From sequence record NC_007023.1: a stretch of DNA of 64,000 bases, one strand, 5' to 3'. Position 1 is the stretch's first letter. Every line of letters begins with the position of its first letter. This DNA is from Escherichia phage RB43. The translations under genes and the position numbers were made by a program. This document shows, one piece after another, positions 12,556 through 22,523 of this stretch. The notes under the pieces were generated by a model. That model was not told the origin of the DNA. It searched no databases and worked only from the letters and a program-made list of their open reading frames with translations.

Positions 12556-14550
12556 ATGGCTTTACAATCTCCAGGTATTGAAACCAAAGAAACATCGGTA
12601 CAATCTACCGTTGTTCGAAATTCAACTGGTCGCGCTGCCATTGTTGGTAAATTTTCATGGGGGCCAGCTTATCAGATCCGTCAGATTTCTAATGAAGTCG
12701 AACTGGTAAACTATTTTGGTGCTCCAGACAACCTAACCGCTGACTATTTCATGAGTGCTGTTAACTTCTTGCAGTACGGTAATGATCTCCGTCTGGTTCG
12801 TGTTGTTGATAAAGATGCCGCAAAAAACGCAAGCGCAATTTTTAACCAGATTAAAACAACTATCGCATCACAGGGTTCTAACTATAACGTTGGCGACGTG
12901 ATCAAGGTAAAATATAGCAACACCGTAGTAGAAGAAAACGGTAAAGTAACTCAGGTTGACAGTAACGGTAAGATCCTTGCGGTAACTATCCCCAAGCGAA
13001 AAAAATCGTTGCTCGTGCTAAACAGATCGGTACTTACCCAGATATTTCTACTGGTTGGAACTACTGAAATTGTTTCTCAGTCTTCCGGTGTATCTGCGTC
13101 AATCACGATCGATGGTATCGAAAGCGATTCTGGGATCACTCTGTTGAACCTGGACATTGCAAAAGAAACCATTCAGGGAACTTCGTTCCAGACGCTGACC
13201 CAGAAATATCAGATCCCGTCTGTTGTGGCTCTGTATCCTGGTGAACTGGGTTCTACTGTACAGGTAGAGATCATTTCCAAAGCTGCTTACGACACTGGCG
13301 CTATGATTTCCGGCTATCCTTCTGGGATCTCCGTTAAAAACAGCGGTCGTTCTGTGATGACCTATGGTCCACAAACCGATAATCAGTACGCTTTTGTTGT
13401 GCGTCGTGGTGGTATTGTACAAGAATCTTTCATCGTGTCAACCGATAAAACCGATAAAGATATCTATGGCGTAAATATCTACATGGATGACTTTTTCGCG
13501 AACGGTGGTTCTCAGTACGTATTCGGTACTTCTATGAACTGGCCTAAAGGTTTCTCCGGTATTCTGGAATTTGGCGGCGGTCTGTCTTCAAACGACACCG
13601 TAGGCGCTGATGAACTGATGACGGGTTGGGATATGTTCGCAGACCGCGAAGCCTTACACGTTCCGCTGCTGATTGCAGGTGGCTGTGCTGGTGAAAGCGT
13701 GGAAATCGCTTCTACTGTTCAGAAACATGTTATTTCAATCGGTGATGAACGTCAAGACTGTACGGTTTTCGTATCGCCTCCGCGCTCTCTTCTGGTTAAT
13801 ATTCCGCTGGCAACTGCGGTTGATAACATCGTTGAATGGCGTACTGGTTATAAAATCAGTGGTGGTACTCCGGTAGACAATAACCTGAACGTAAGTTCAA
13901 GCTATGGCTTCCTGGATGGTAACTATAAATATCAGTATGATAAATACAATGACGTGAACCGTTGGGTTCCGCTGGCAGGTGATATCGCTGGCCTGTGTGT
14001 TTACACTGATAGCGTTGCTAACCCGTGGATGTCTCCGGCTGGTTATAACCGTGGTCAGATCCGTAACTGTATTAAACTGGCTATTGAACCGCGCACAGCA
14101 CACCGTGACGCGATGTATCAGGTTCAGATTAACCCGGTAACTGGTTTTGCAGGTGGCTCTGGTTTCGTTCTGTACGGTGATAAAACACTGACTAGCGTTC
14201 CAAGTCCGTTCGATCGCATAAACGTTCGTCGCTTGTTCAACATGATCAAGAAAGACATTGGCGATAATGCGAAATACAAACTGTTCGAAAACAACGACGA
14301 TTTCACCCGTGCTTCGTTCCGTATGGATACTGGTCAGTACATGACGAATATTCGTGCGCTGGGTGGTTGCTATGATTACCGTGTAATCTGCGACACCACG
14401 AACAACACACCAGACGTAATCGATCGTAACGAGTTTGTAGCGACTGTTTACGTGAAACCGCCTCGTTCTATCAACTACATCACTCTGAACTTCGTAGCAA
14501 CGTCTACAGGTGCGGATTTCGATGAATTGGTAGGCCCACAAGCCGTATAA
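12556..14550 (+). CDS. 18: tail sheath protein gp18
   Basis: 664 aa; N-terminal MALQSPGIETKETSVQ... and overall length match T4 gp18. Confidence 0.95.
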   Translation: MALQSPGIETKETSVQSTVVRNSTGRAAIVGKFSWGPAYQIRQISNEVELVNYFGAPDNLTADYFMSAVNFLQYGNDLRLVRVVDKDAAKNASAIFNQIKTTIASQGSNYNVGDVIKVKYSNTVVEENGKVTQVDSNGKILAVTIPKRKKSLLVLNRSVLTQIFLLVGTTEIVSQSSGVSASITIDGIESDSGITLLNLDIAKETIQGTSFQTLTQKYQIPSVVALYPGELGSTVQVEIISKAAYDTGAMISGYPSGISVKNSGRSVMTYGPQTDNQYAFVVRRGGIVQESFIVSTDKTDKDIYGVNIYMDDFFANGGSQYVFGTSMNWPKGFSGILEFGGGLSSNDTVGADELMTGWDMFADREALHVPLLIAGGCAGESVEIASTVQKHVISIGDERQDCTVFVSPPRSLLVNIPLATAVDNIVEWRTGYKISGGTPVDNNLNVSSSYGFLDGNYKYQYDKYNDVNRWVPLAGDIAGLCVYTDSVANPWMSPAGYNRGQIRNCIKLAIEPRTAHRDAMYQVQINPVTGFAGGSGFVLYGDKTLTSVPSPFDRINVRRLFNMIKKDIGDNAKYKLFENNDDFTRASFRMDTGQYMTNIRALGGCYDYRVICDTTNNTPDVIDRNEFVATVYVKPPRSINYITLNFVATSTGADFDELVGPQAV

Positions 14551-14596
14551 CGTCAAGGGGGCTGAAAAGCCCCCATAAATAATCCGAGGTTAAAAA

Positions 14597-15082
14597 ATGC
14601 TTACTGACATTTTACGTGCCTTTGAATCCGGCGATTTCGCACGTCCGAACTTGTTCGAAGTAGAGATCCCGTATCTGGGCAAAAATTTTAGATTCAAATG
14701 TAAAGCGGCAACCATGCCAGCGGCTACAGTTGAAAAAGTTCCCGTAGGCTACCAGAACCGCAAAATAAACGTTGCTGGCGACCGTACCTATGACGATTGG
14801 ACAATCACAATCTATAACGATGACGCGCATAATACGCGTGATGCCCTGGTAGCATGGTCAAACATGATGCACGGAATGGGTGATCAGATTAGTGGTGATA
14901 TTCCAGCGAACTACAAGAAAACCGCTACGGTTAAACAGAAAAACCGTAACGATGAAATTACCGCTGAACATACCATTCATGGCCTTTTCCCGACCAACGT
15001 TGGTGAAGTAACCCTTGATTGGGACAGCAACAACGAAATCTCAACCTTTGAGTGTACGTTTGCGCTGGATTGGTGGGAATAA
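14597..15082 (+). CDS. 19: tail tube protein gp19
   Basis: 161 aa; matches T4 gp19 in size and position; strong RBS. Confidence 0.9.
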   Translation: MLTDILRAFESGDFARPNLFEVEIPYLGKNFRFKCKAATMPAATVEKVPVGYQNRKINVAGDRTYDDWTITIYNDDAHNTRDALVAWSNMMHGMGDQISGDIPANYKKTATVKQKNRNDEITAEHTIHGLFPTNVGEVTLDWDSNNEISTFECTFALDWWE

Positions 15083-15087
15083 AGAGT

Positions 15088-15095
15088 TATAAATA
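15088..15095 (+). promoter_or_regulatory. T4-type late promoter -10 box (TATAAATA) upstream of gene 20
   Basis: Exact TATAAATA about 40 nt upstream of portal start. Confidence 0.55.
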
Positions 15096-15096
15096 C

Positions 15097-15126
15097 AGGG
15101 GTAGCAATACCCCTATCATTATTTTT
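15097..15126 (+). terminator. hairpin plus T-run after gene 19
   Basis: AGGGGTAGCAATACCCCT stem-loop followed by ATCATTATTTTT. Confidence 0.5.
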
Positions 15127-15136
15127 CGGAGTTACT

Positions 15137-16711
15137 ATGAACTTTTTGGGCTTTGGCAATGTACTTAGCTTTTTCAAGAATTTCGCCCGTGAGGATGAAA
15201 TTGAACTTGAACAGCAATTAAAAAATGATACAGGTTCGGTCGCGCCTCCTAAAAATAATGATGGTGCATATGAAATTGAAACCGACCTGAATAACCAGAA
15301 ATATGCTGGTGTATTTCAGCAGTTTTATTCTGGACAAGATCCGGCGATTCAGAACAAAGAACAATTAATCAATACCTATCGCGGTATCATGTCTTATCCA
15401 GAAGTTGAAAACGCTGTTTCAGAAATTATTGACGATGCGATCGTTAATGAACAGGGTAAAGATATCATTACAATGGATTTGGCTAAGACTAATTTTAGTA
15501 AAGCAATCCAGGATAAGATCGTTGAAGAGTTTGACAACGTTCTAAATATCTATGACTTTGATAACATGGGCGCTCGCTTGTTCCGTGATTGGTATGTGGA
15601 TTCTCGAATCTACTTCCATAAAATCATGCACAAAGACGAGTCCAAAGGTATCCGTGAATTGCGCCAACTTGATCCGCGCTGCATGGAACTGATCCGCGAA
15701 TCTATCACAGAAACCCTTGACGGTGGCGTGAAAGTATTCCGTGGTTATCGCGAATTTTTTGTGTATAGCGCACCGAAAGCGGGCTATACATACAACGGGC
15801 AGATCTACCAGGCTAACCAGAAAATTAAAATCCCGCGTTCCGCTATCGTGTACGCACATTCTGGTCTGGAAGATTGCAGCAACAACATTATCGGATATCT
15901 GCACCGCGCTGTCAAGCCAGCAAACCAATTACGTTTGTTGGAGGATGCGATGGTCATTTACCGCATCACCCGCGCACCTGAACGCCGTGTGTTCTATATC
16001 GACGTAGGTCAGATGGGTGGCAACAAAGCTACACAGTATGTAAATAACATTGCACAGGGGCTTAAAAACCGCGTTGTGTACGATGCTCGCACGGGTACTG
16101 TGAAGAACCAGCAAAACAACCTGTCTATGACAGAAGATTACTGGTTGATGCGTCGTGACGGTAAAGCGATCACAGAAGTTTCTACACTGCCTGGCGGTCA
16201 GAACTTCTCTGATATGGACGATATCAAATGGTTTAACCGTAAGCTCTATGAAGCACTGCGTGTGCCGTTAAGCCGTATGCCTCGCGATGATGGGGGTATG
16301 CAAATTGGTGGGGGTGGTGAAATCACCCGTGATGAACTGAAATTTAGTAAGTTTATCCGCACACTGCAAATTCAGTTCAGCCCTGTGCTTTCCGATCCGT
16401 TAAAAACTAACCTGATCGCGAAGAAAATTATCACAGAGGATGAATGGGAAGAAAACGTAAGTAAAATTTCGTTTGTATTCCAGCAAGATTCATATTATGC
16501 CGAAGTTAAAGACATCGAAATACTTGAGCGTCGTCTGAATCTAATGTCTCAGGTTGAAGGTGTGGTCGGGAAATATGTCTCCCATAAATACATTATGAAA
16601 GAGATTCTTCGAATGTCCGACGAGGATATTGATGAACAGGCGAAACTGATCGAAGAAGAATCTAAAGAAGAACGTTTTAAAAATCCAGAAGCGGAAGAGG
16701 AAAACTTTTGA
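15137..16711 (+). CDS. 20: portal vertex protein gp20
   Basis: 524 aa, same length as T4 gp20; conserved blocks throughout. Confidence 0.95.
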   Translation: MNFLGFGNVLSFFKNFAREDEIELEQQLKNDTGSVAPPKNNDGAYEIETDLNNQKYAGVFQQFYSGQDPAIQNKEQLINTYRGIMSYPEVENAVSEIIDDAIVNEQGKDIITMDLAKTNFSKAIQDKIVEEFDNVLNIYDFDNMGARLFRDWYVDSRIYFHKIMHKDESKGIRELRQLDPRCMELIRESITETLDGGVKVFRGYREFFVYSAPKAGYTYNGQIYQANQKIKIPRSAIVYAHSGLEDCSNNIIGYLHRAVKPANQLRLLEDAMVIYRITRAPERRVFYIDVGQMGGNKATQYVNNIAQGLKNRVVYDARTGTVKNQQNNLSMTEDYWLMRRDGKAITEVSTLPGGQNFSDMDDIKWFNRKLYEALRVPLSRMPRDDGGMQIGGGGEITRDELKFSKFIRTLQIQFSPVLSDPLKTNLIAKKIITEDEWEENVSKISFVFQQDSYYAEVKDIEILERRLNLMSQVEGVVGKYVSHKYIMKEILRMSDEDIDEQAKLIEEESKEERFKNPEAEEENF

Positions 16712-16959
16712 TGAAAGAATTTATCGAAGCAATCAAAAGCGGCGATCTGGTGGAGGCTAAAAAGCAATTTTACTCCATCATGGAAGACCGTACCGAAGCC
16801 CTTCGCCAAGAAATGCGCGTTGAAATTGCAGAAGCAGTACGAATCGAAGGTGAAACCGACGAAGACGACAGCGACGACGACAAAGACGACAAAGAAAATG
16901 GCGACGGCGACAAAGAAAAAGACAAAAAGCCGTCTGATAAAGACGACAAAGACGAATAA
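16711..16959 (+). CDS. 67: prohead core protein gp67
   Basis: Small protein with IEAIKS.DLV.A...F N-terminus and highly acidic D/E/K-rich tail, as in T4 gp67; ATG overlaps gp20 stop. Confidence 0.8.
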   Translation: MKEFIEAIKSGDLVEAKKQFYSIMEDRTEALRQEMRVEIAEAVRIEGETDEDDSDDDKDDKENGDGDKEKDKKPSDKDDKDE

Positions 16960-16971
16960 GAGGTGTAAATA

Positions 16972-17379
16972 ATGCAACTCGAACTCGAAGAAATTAGTGT
17001 TGAAGAACTCGAACCCCATTTAACCGAAGCGAAAGCCCGTGTTGATATTCTGGGGATCGATGAAGCCACTATTAAGATCATCGAAAATTTGGCGGTCGAT
17101 GAACCTCATTTAGCACTTGCGATGATGTCCATTGTCGAGGGTTTGAGTTTAGATGAAGTCATTGTTAAACACGTTGATTCTCGTGGTAATGTTGAGCGTC
17201 GAAAAGACCGCAAAACCCGTGAACGTAACGCGTATCAAACAACTGGCCTTACTAAGTCTCAACGTCGCCAAATCGCGCGTCGTGCTATGAAAACGAAACG
17301 TGCAAATCCTTCTATTACAACCCGCGCACAACGTAAGCGCAAAAAAGCGCTCCGTAAACGCGCCGCATTGGGGCTATAA
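16972..17379 (+). CDS. 68: prohead core protein gp68
   Basis: 135 aa ORF between gp67 and gp21 in T4 order; basic C-terminus. Confidence 0.75.
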   Translation: MQLELEEISVEELEPHLTEAKARVDILGIDEATIKIIENLAVDEPHLALAMMSIVEGLSLDEVIVKHVDSRGNVERRKDRKTRERNAYQTTGLTKSQRRQIARRAMKTKRANPSITTRAQRKRKKALRKRAALGL

Positions 17380-17381
17380 AT

Positions 17382-18029
17382 ATGAATGAATCCCAACTCA
17401 ATGAAAACGGCGATATGCTGCTAATCGAGGAATGGGGTTTACCTTGTGCGGATATTTCTGATTCTATTTTGGAATCGGTCGGAACGTCGAAAGACGGTAA
17501 ACTTAGGATTGAAGGTATTTTCCTGCAAGCCGAAAAAGTTAACCGAAATAAACGACTGTATCCGAAAAAAGTATTAGAAGAAGCAGTAAATGACTATATC
17601 AGAACTCAGGTTAATACCCGTCAAGCTCTGGGTGAAATGAATCACCCGCCGCGACCGAACGTCGATCCGCGTAATGCTTGCATCCTCATTGAAAAAATGT
17701 GGTGGAAGGGTAATGACGTTTGGGGCCGTGCTGTTGTTGTCGAAGGTGACAATGGTGATGGTGATAAACTTGCAGCGTTAATTCGTGCTGGTTGGGTTCC
17801 TGGTGTTTCTTCTCGCGGATTAGGTAAACTTGCCGATTCTGGTAAAGGTTACGGTATCGTACAAGAAGGTTTTAAATTGGCAGTAGGTGTTGATGTTGTT
17901 TGGGGGCCAAGCGCTCCAGATGCTTACGTTAAGCCAATTACCGAATCTCAGCAGACAAAACCGCTTGTTGAGAATATTAGTGCTGATGACGCTTTCAGAA
18001 AACTTTCTGAACGTTTGAAAGGTCTATAA
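17382..18029 (+). CDS. 21: prohead core scaffold protein and protease gp21
   Basis: 215 aa; NRNKRLYPKK.LE.AV.DYI...ALGE.NHPPRPNVDP...WWKGNDV.GRA.V.EGD.G.GDKLAA.IRAGW.PGVSSRGLG matches T4 gp21. Confidence 0.95.
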   Translation: MNESQLNENGDMLLIEEWGLPCADISDSILESVGTSKDGKLRIEGIFLQAEKVNRNKRLYPKKVLEEAVNDYIRTQVNTRQALGEMNHPPRPNVDPRNACILIEKMWWKGNDVWGRAVVVEGDNGDGDKLAALIRAGWVPGVSSRGLGKLADSGKGYGIVQEGFKLAVGVDVVWGPSAPDAYVKPITESQQTKPLVENISADDAFRKLSERLKGL

Positions 18030-18032
18030 ATA
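18025..18032 (+). promoter_or_regulatory. T4-type late promoter -10 box (TATAAATA) upstream of gene 22
   Basis: Exact TATAAATA about 28 nt upstream of gene 22 ATG. Confidence 0.5.
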
Positions 18033-18059
18033 ATATCATATCAAACAGGAAACTTAGAA

Positions 18060-18848
18060 ATGCTAAAAGAACAACTGTTGGCAGAAGCCCAGAACCTGGA
18101 TACCCCAGTTGAGTTAGACAGCATTTTCGAATCAGTTGAACTTTCTGATGAAGTGAAAGCGAATTTCACCACTGTATTCGAACAAGCTGTAAAAGCAAAC
18201 GCTGTTAAACTCGCTGAATCCCATATCAATCAGATCGCGGAACGTTCCGACGAATTGGTTGAAGCCCAGGTTGCCGAAAAAGCTGGCGAAATCGAAACAC
18301 GACTGTACGAAGATGCAAATAAATACTTCGACCACATCGCGCAAGAATGGCTCTCTGAAAATAAAGAAGCCGTATCCCGCGATATTAAGGCCGACCTATT
18401 CGAATCTCTGGTTACTGGCATGAAAGAATTGTTCGTTGATCACAACGTAATTATTCCAGAAGCCCAGGTTGATGTTGTTGCAGAACTCGAAGATGAACTG
18501 ACCGAAAATCAGCAGGAAGTTAAACGCCTGTTCGAAGCAAATCAGGCTCAGGCTAAAGAGATCGCCAACATGAAACGCGATACCATCGTTTCAGAAAAAA
18601 CCAAAGATTTAACTGAATCTCAGGTTGAGAAAGTTCACAATCTGATCGAAGGTTTGGAATATTCCGACAAGTTCGAATCCAAACTGACCGCAATTGTCGA
18701 AATGGTAGCGACTAAAGCGGAAAAACAGGTTGACGAGAGTACCACTACTCAGACAACCAAAGACGATTTTGTTCCGGTGAATGAAAACACTCCGGCAGAG
18801 AAATCGAAGATCAATAAATATGTTGAAGCGGCTAAACGCCTTTCCTAA
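18060..18848 (+). CDS. 22: prohead core scaffold protein gp22
   Basis: 262 aa acidic helical protein in the T4 gp22 position. Confidence 0.85.
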   Translation: MLKEQLLAEAQNLDTPVELDSIFESVELSDEVKANFTTVFEQAVKANAVKLAESHINQIAERSDELVEAQVAEKAGEIETRLYEDANKYFDHIAQEWLSENKEAVSRDIKADLFESLVTGMKELFVDHNVIIPEAQVDVVAELEDELTENQQEVKRLFEANQAQAKEIANMKRDTIVSEKTKDLTESQVEKVHNLIEGLEYSDKFESKLTAIVEMVATKAEKQVDESTTTQTTKDDFVPVNENTPAEKSKINKYVEAAKRLS

Positions 18849-18869
18849 TCTTTTATAAGGTAAGAAACA

Positions 18870-20444
18870 ATGTCTAAGAAAAACGAATTGATGGAAAAAT
18901 GGAACGATCTTCTGGAATCTCAGGAAGGTTTACCGGATATCGCTACCAAATCCAAAAAACAACTGGTTGCTGCCATTCTGGAAGCCCAGGAAAAAGACGC
19001 TGAAACCGATCCGGTTTATCGCGACGAAAAAATCGTGGAATCCTTCGGTGGTTTCCTGGCCGAAGCAGAAATTGCTGGCGACCACAACTATGACCAGACT
19101 AACATCGCGTCTGGTAAATCCAGCGGTGCTATCACCAACATCGGTCCTGCTGTAATCGGTATGGTTCGCCGTGCGATCCCTAACCTGATTGCATTCGACA
19201 TTTGCGGTGTTCAGCCTATGACTGGCCCTACTGGTCAGGTGTTCGCTCTCCGTGCTGTCTACGGTAAAGATCCTCTGGCTGGCGGTACTCCGGCAGATGT
19301 TCGTGAAGCGTTCCATCCGATGTTTGCCCCGGATACCATGTATTCTGGTGAAGGTGCTCACACCGCATTCGCGAAAATCACCACTGGTACAGCGATCGCT
19401 ACTGGCGCTATCGTATACCACATTTTCCAGGAAACTGGTATTGCATACTTCCAGAACGTTACCTCCGGCAACGTGACTGTAACTGGTGCTGATCCGGCTG
19501 CTCTGGATGCTGCTGTAATCGCAGAGAACGAAAAAGGTACTCTGGCTGAAATCTCTGTTGGTATGGCTACCAGTGTAGCAGAACTGCAAGAGAACTTCAA
19601 CGGTTCTAGCGCTAACCCGTGGAACGAAATGGCTTTCCGTATCGACAAACAGGTTATCGAAGCCCGTAGCCGCCAACTGAAAGCACAGTATTCTGTTGAA
19701 CTGGCACAGGATCTTCGCGCTGTTCACGGTATGGATGCTGACGCAGAACTGTCTGCAATTCTGGCAACTGAAATCATGCTGGAAATCAACCGCGAAATCG
19801 TTGATCTGATCAACTATACCGCTCAGGTTGGTAAATCTGGTTTCACCCAGACCGTAGGCTCTAAAGCTGGTTCCTTCGACTTCCAAGATCCGGTAGATAT
19901 TCGCGGCGCTCGTTGGGCTGGTGAAAGCTACAAGGCTCTGCTGATTCAGATCGACAAAGAAGCAAACGAAATCGCACGTCAGACAGGCCGTGGTGCTGGT
20001 AACTTCATCATCGCTTCCCGTAACGTGGTTTCCGCTCTGGCTCGTATCGACAGCGGCATCACTCCGGCAAGTCAAGGTCTCCAGAAGACTCTGAACGTTG
20101 ATACCACGAAAGCAGTATTCGCTGGTGTTCTGGGTGGCACTTACAAAGTGTACATTGACCAGTACGCACGTCAGGATTACTTCACCGTTGGCTTCAAGGG
20201 CGACAACGAAATGGATGCTGGTATCTACTACGCGCCATACGTTGCACTGACCCCGCTGCGTGGTTCTGATCCGAAGAACTTCCAGCCAGTAATGGGCTTC
20301 AAAACTCGTTACGGTATCGGTATCAACCCGTTTGCGAACTCTCGCTCTCAGGCTCCGGCAGATCGTATCACCTCTGGTATGATCAGCAAAGAAATGTGCG
20401 GTAAAAACGCATACTTCCGTAAGGTCTGGGTTAAAGGTCTGTAA
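18870..20444 (+). CDS. 23: major capsid protein gp23
   Basis: 524 aa; near-identical blocks to T4 gp23 (AEAEIAGDHNYDQTNIA, RRAIPNLIAFDICGVQPM, YIDQYARQDYFTVG). Confidence 0.97.
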   Translation: MSKKNELMEKWNDLLESQEGLPDIATKSKKQLVAAILEAQEKDAETDPVYRDEKIVESFGGFLAEAEIAGDHNYDQTNIASGKSSGAITNIGPAVIGMVRRAIPNLIAFDICGVQPMTGPTGQVFALRAVYGKDPLAGGTPADVREAFHPMFAPDTMYSGEGAHTAFAKITTGTAIATGAIVYHIFQETGIAYFQNVTSGNVTVTGADPAALDAAVIAENEKGTLAEISVGMATSVAELQENFNGSSANPWNEMAFRIDKQVIEARSRQLKAQYSVELAQDLRAVHGMDADAELSAILATEIMLEINREIVDLINYTAQVGKSGFTQTVGSKAGSFDFQDPVDIRGARWAGESYKALLIQIDKEANEIARQTGRGAGNFIIASRNVVSALARIDSGITPASQGLQKTLNVDTTKAVFAGVLGGTYKVYIDQYARQDYFTVGFKGDNEMDAGIYYAPYVALTPLRGSDPKNFQPVMGFKTRYGIGINPFANSRSQAPADRITSGMISKEMCGKNAYFRKVWVKGL

Positions 20445-20460
20445 TCGACTTTACACTAAA

Positions 20461-20488
20461 AGGCAACCTACGGGTTGCCTTTTTTGTT
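20461..20488 (+). terminator. strong rho-independent terminator after gene 23
   Basis: AGGCAACCTACGGGTTGCCT hairpin followed by TTTTTTGTTTG. Confidence 0.75.
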
Positions 20489-20537
20489 TGTGTAAATAGA
20501 TACAGGTAAAACACCATATAATTCAGGAACCATAGAA

Positions 20538-21860
20538 ATGAGTGATAAACACTACACAATTCACAAGTTGATGCGTCAGTCTACGCTTCCGTCTGGTAAA
20601 CGCGAAAAGGTTATCAACGAAGCAACAGGCACGACAGATATCAACGTACAGAACACGCGCCCAGAACTGGTTTCTTTAACTCGCGCCGTGAACAACCTGA
20701 TCTATCATGAACTGGTTGCAGTACAAGAAACTGATTTACCAGTAGCAACGCTTTTTGGTGTTCGTTATCGTAACCCTAACGGCGATATGACTTTCTCCAG
20801 CGCTGCAACCTATTCAGGCCGAATTTCAGGGCGTACAGGCATCGATGATATCGATCTGGCTAAAGCATACGTTAAGGGTGATTTATTCAAGCACGATGTC
20901 ACTGACGTTGTTTATGAGGTTATCGCACCGATTACGCTAAACACCCTGGATACTGACAAAGACACCGCACTGATGAAAGGTGTTTTCCAAAGTAAAATTC
21001 GTCTGGTGAGTGAAGCCGCTGATACATCGAAATACGAAACAAGCGAAGATATCGCATCAACTTCGTTCCAGATGGATCGCTGGAATATTCCGGTACGCTC
21101 TCGTAAGTTTAAAACCGAAATGACGGTTGAACTTATACAGGATCTGGAAGCAAACCAGTTTGAAGCAGATGGGGTTATCGAGGATATTCTGGGTACTGTT
21201 GCCAGTGAAGAAGTTAACAAAGATATCATCCAGACTCTGATCACCGTATCTAAGCGTTATAACGTTAACGGTGTTGTGACTGACGGTATTTTTGATGCTA
21301 CCACGTCTTACACTGCTGCTGATGCTCCGGCATTAGGCCGTATGCTGTATCAATTAGCGTGTGAAATGGGGCAGGAAATGAATAAAACCACTTCATTTGA
21401 TGCTACCTACGTCCTTTGCTCTGCTCGCGTCACAGGCATTCTGGCTGCGTCTGGTTGGATGACCGAAACTGACGAACAACACCCGCTGGCAACTGGTAAG
21501 CTACAGAACGGTTATTATGTCTATACAGACACGAACACCCCGTTTGATTATCTGCTGACAGGCTGTAAGTACGATCTGGGTGATATGGACCATGTTGGTT
21601 CTCTGTTCTTCACTCCGTACACCGAAGCCGACGAAGCAGGTTCAATCAAGGTATCCGTAGATCCGGCATCACTGCAACCGAAAGTAGCAATTCTGATGCG
21701 TTACGGTTTGTCTGTGAACCCGTATACAACTGAAACCGATTCTGATCGCCTGATCAAAGGTGACGATTGGTCTAACCTCGCAGGTAAATCTAAATTGAGT
21801 CAGATCGTAGGTGTTAAATTACCTACCTGGGTTAATCATGTTTTGAGAAGACCATTATAG
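20538..21860 (+). CDS. 24: capsid vertex protein gp24
   Basis: 440 aa gp23 paralogue following gene 23, as in T4. Confidence 0.9.
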   Translation: MSDKHYTIHKLMRQSTLPSGKREKVINEATGTTDINVQNTRPELVSLTRAVNNLIYHELVAVQETDLPVATLFGVRYRNPNGDMTFSSAATYSGRISGRTGIDDIDLAKAYVKGDLFKHDVTDVVYEVIAPITLNTLDTDKDTALMKGVFQSKIRLVSEAADTSKYETSEDIASTSFQMDRWNIPVRSRKFKTEMTVELIQDLEANQFEADGVIEDILGTVASEEVNKDIIQTLITVSKRYNVNGVVTDGIFDATTSYTAADAPALGRMLYQLACEMGQEMNKTTSFDATYVLCSARVTGILAASGWMTETDEQHPLATGKLQNGYYVYTDTNTPFDYLLTGCKYDLGDMDHVGSLFFTPYTEADEAGSIKVSVDPASLQPKVAILMRYGLSVNPYTTETDSDRLIKGDDWSNLAGKSKLSQIVGVKLPTWVNHVLRRPL

Positions 21861-21879
21861 TAATAAAGATCAACAAGGT

Positions 21880-22051
21880 CAAATGAGCGAAGCGAATTTT
21901 CACGAACGAAGTGAGTGATAGGAACTACATAATTATATTTTAATATTTTATATATAGAGAAAAATGTAGTTTTTGGTATGGTTTTTAACCAGATGTAAAC
22001 TAACATTCACTCACTACGTTCGTTCATGTACTCGCTTCGCTCGTAAATTTG
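21880..22051. repeat. large imperfect inverted repeat (about 40-bp arms) enclosing a nested 8-bp inverted repeat and an AT-rich core
   Basis: Left arm CAAATGAGCGAAGCGAATTTTCACGAACGAAGTGAGTGA (21880-21918) pairs with reverse complement of right arm (22007-22051); inner AACTACAT/ATGTAGTT at 21923-21971. Confidence 0.7.
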
Positions 22052-22076
22052 ACTTCTTGATCATAGTGGTTATAAT
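22049..22076 (+). promoter_or_regulatory. sigma70-like promoter upstream of uvsY
   Basis: TTGACT, 16-nt spacer, TATAAT; about 24 nt upstream of uvsY ATG; -35 overlaps the right arm of the inverted repeat. Confidence 0.55.
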
Positions 22077-22099
22077 GATTCTTTGTTTTGAGGTGATAC

Positions 22100-22522
22100 A
22101 TGACTGAACTAAAACTTGAAGATTTACAGGCTGAACTCGAACAGGATATGTTGATTGATCCTCTGAAACTACAGAGTGAATCAGCAGACATTCCGAAGAT
22201 TTGGTCAAAATGGCTTCGATATCATTCGAATGCTAAGAAAAAACTGATCCAGCTACAGGCCAGGAAAGAAGCAGATGTTAAAGAACGTCTTCTGTATTAC
22301 ACTGGACGGCATGAGACTGAAATGACTGATGTCATTTACACAGGTTCAGGTGAAATTAAGATTGCGATCAATGGTGATCCGAAAATTGTTGAGGTTAACA
22401 AGCTGATCCAGTATTTCGAATTGATTGCAGAATTCACCAGCAAAGCGCTGGACATTGTTAAGAACAAAGGATATTCTATCAAAAATATGTTGGAAATCCG
22501 AAAACTTGAGAGTGGTGCATAA
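22100..22522 (+). CDS. uvsY: recombination mediator UvsY
   Basis: 140 aa; LEDLQAELEQD..IDPLKLQSE......SKWL..HS..KK.L..L.A.KE...K.RL.YY.GR matches T4 UvsY. Confidence 0.85.
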   Translation: MTELKLEDLQAELEQDMLIDPLKLQSESADIPKIWSKWLRYHSNAKKKLIQLQARKEADVKERLLYYTGRHETEMTDVIYTGSGEIKIAINGDPKIVEVNKLIQYFELIAEFTSKALDIVKNKGYSIKNMLEIRKLESGA

Positions 22523-22523
22523 A

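Noticed and set aside
13897-14556. 219-aa minus-strand ORF inside gene 18
   Set aside because: Antisense to the conserved tail sheath gene; no RBS; composition typical of a shadow ORF.
14556-14574. GC hairpin (GGGGGCTGAAAAGCCCCC) after gene 18, considered as a terminator
   Set aside because: Not followed by a T-run, and genes 18 and 19 are likely co-transcribed; more likely an mRNA stability or processing hairpin, left unannotated.
16549-17081. Minus-strand ORFs (156 aa and 103 aa) rich in F/V or S/L
   Set aside because: Antisense to the acidic repeat region of gp67/gp68; low-complexity translation of the complement of GA-rich coding DNA.
17375-17382. Exact TATAAATA late-promoter motif overlapping the gene 21 start codon
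   Set aside because: A -10 box here would start transcription inside gene 21; the motif is formed by the gp68 stop codon context (CTATAAATATG), so it is probably coincidental.
18930-20075. 381-aa minus-strand ORF antisense to the major capsid gene
   Set aside because: Entirely embedded antisense within the strongly conserved gp23 coding sequence; product is low-complexity with no start context; typical antisense artefact.
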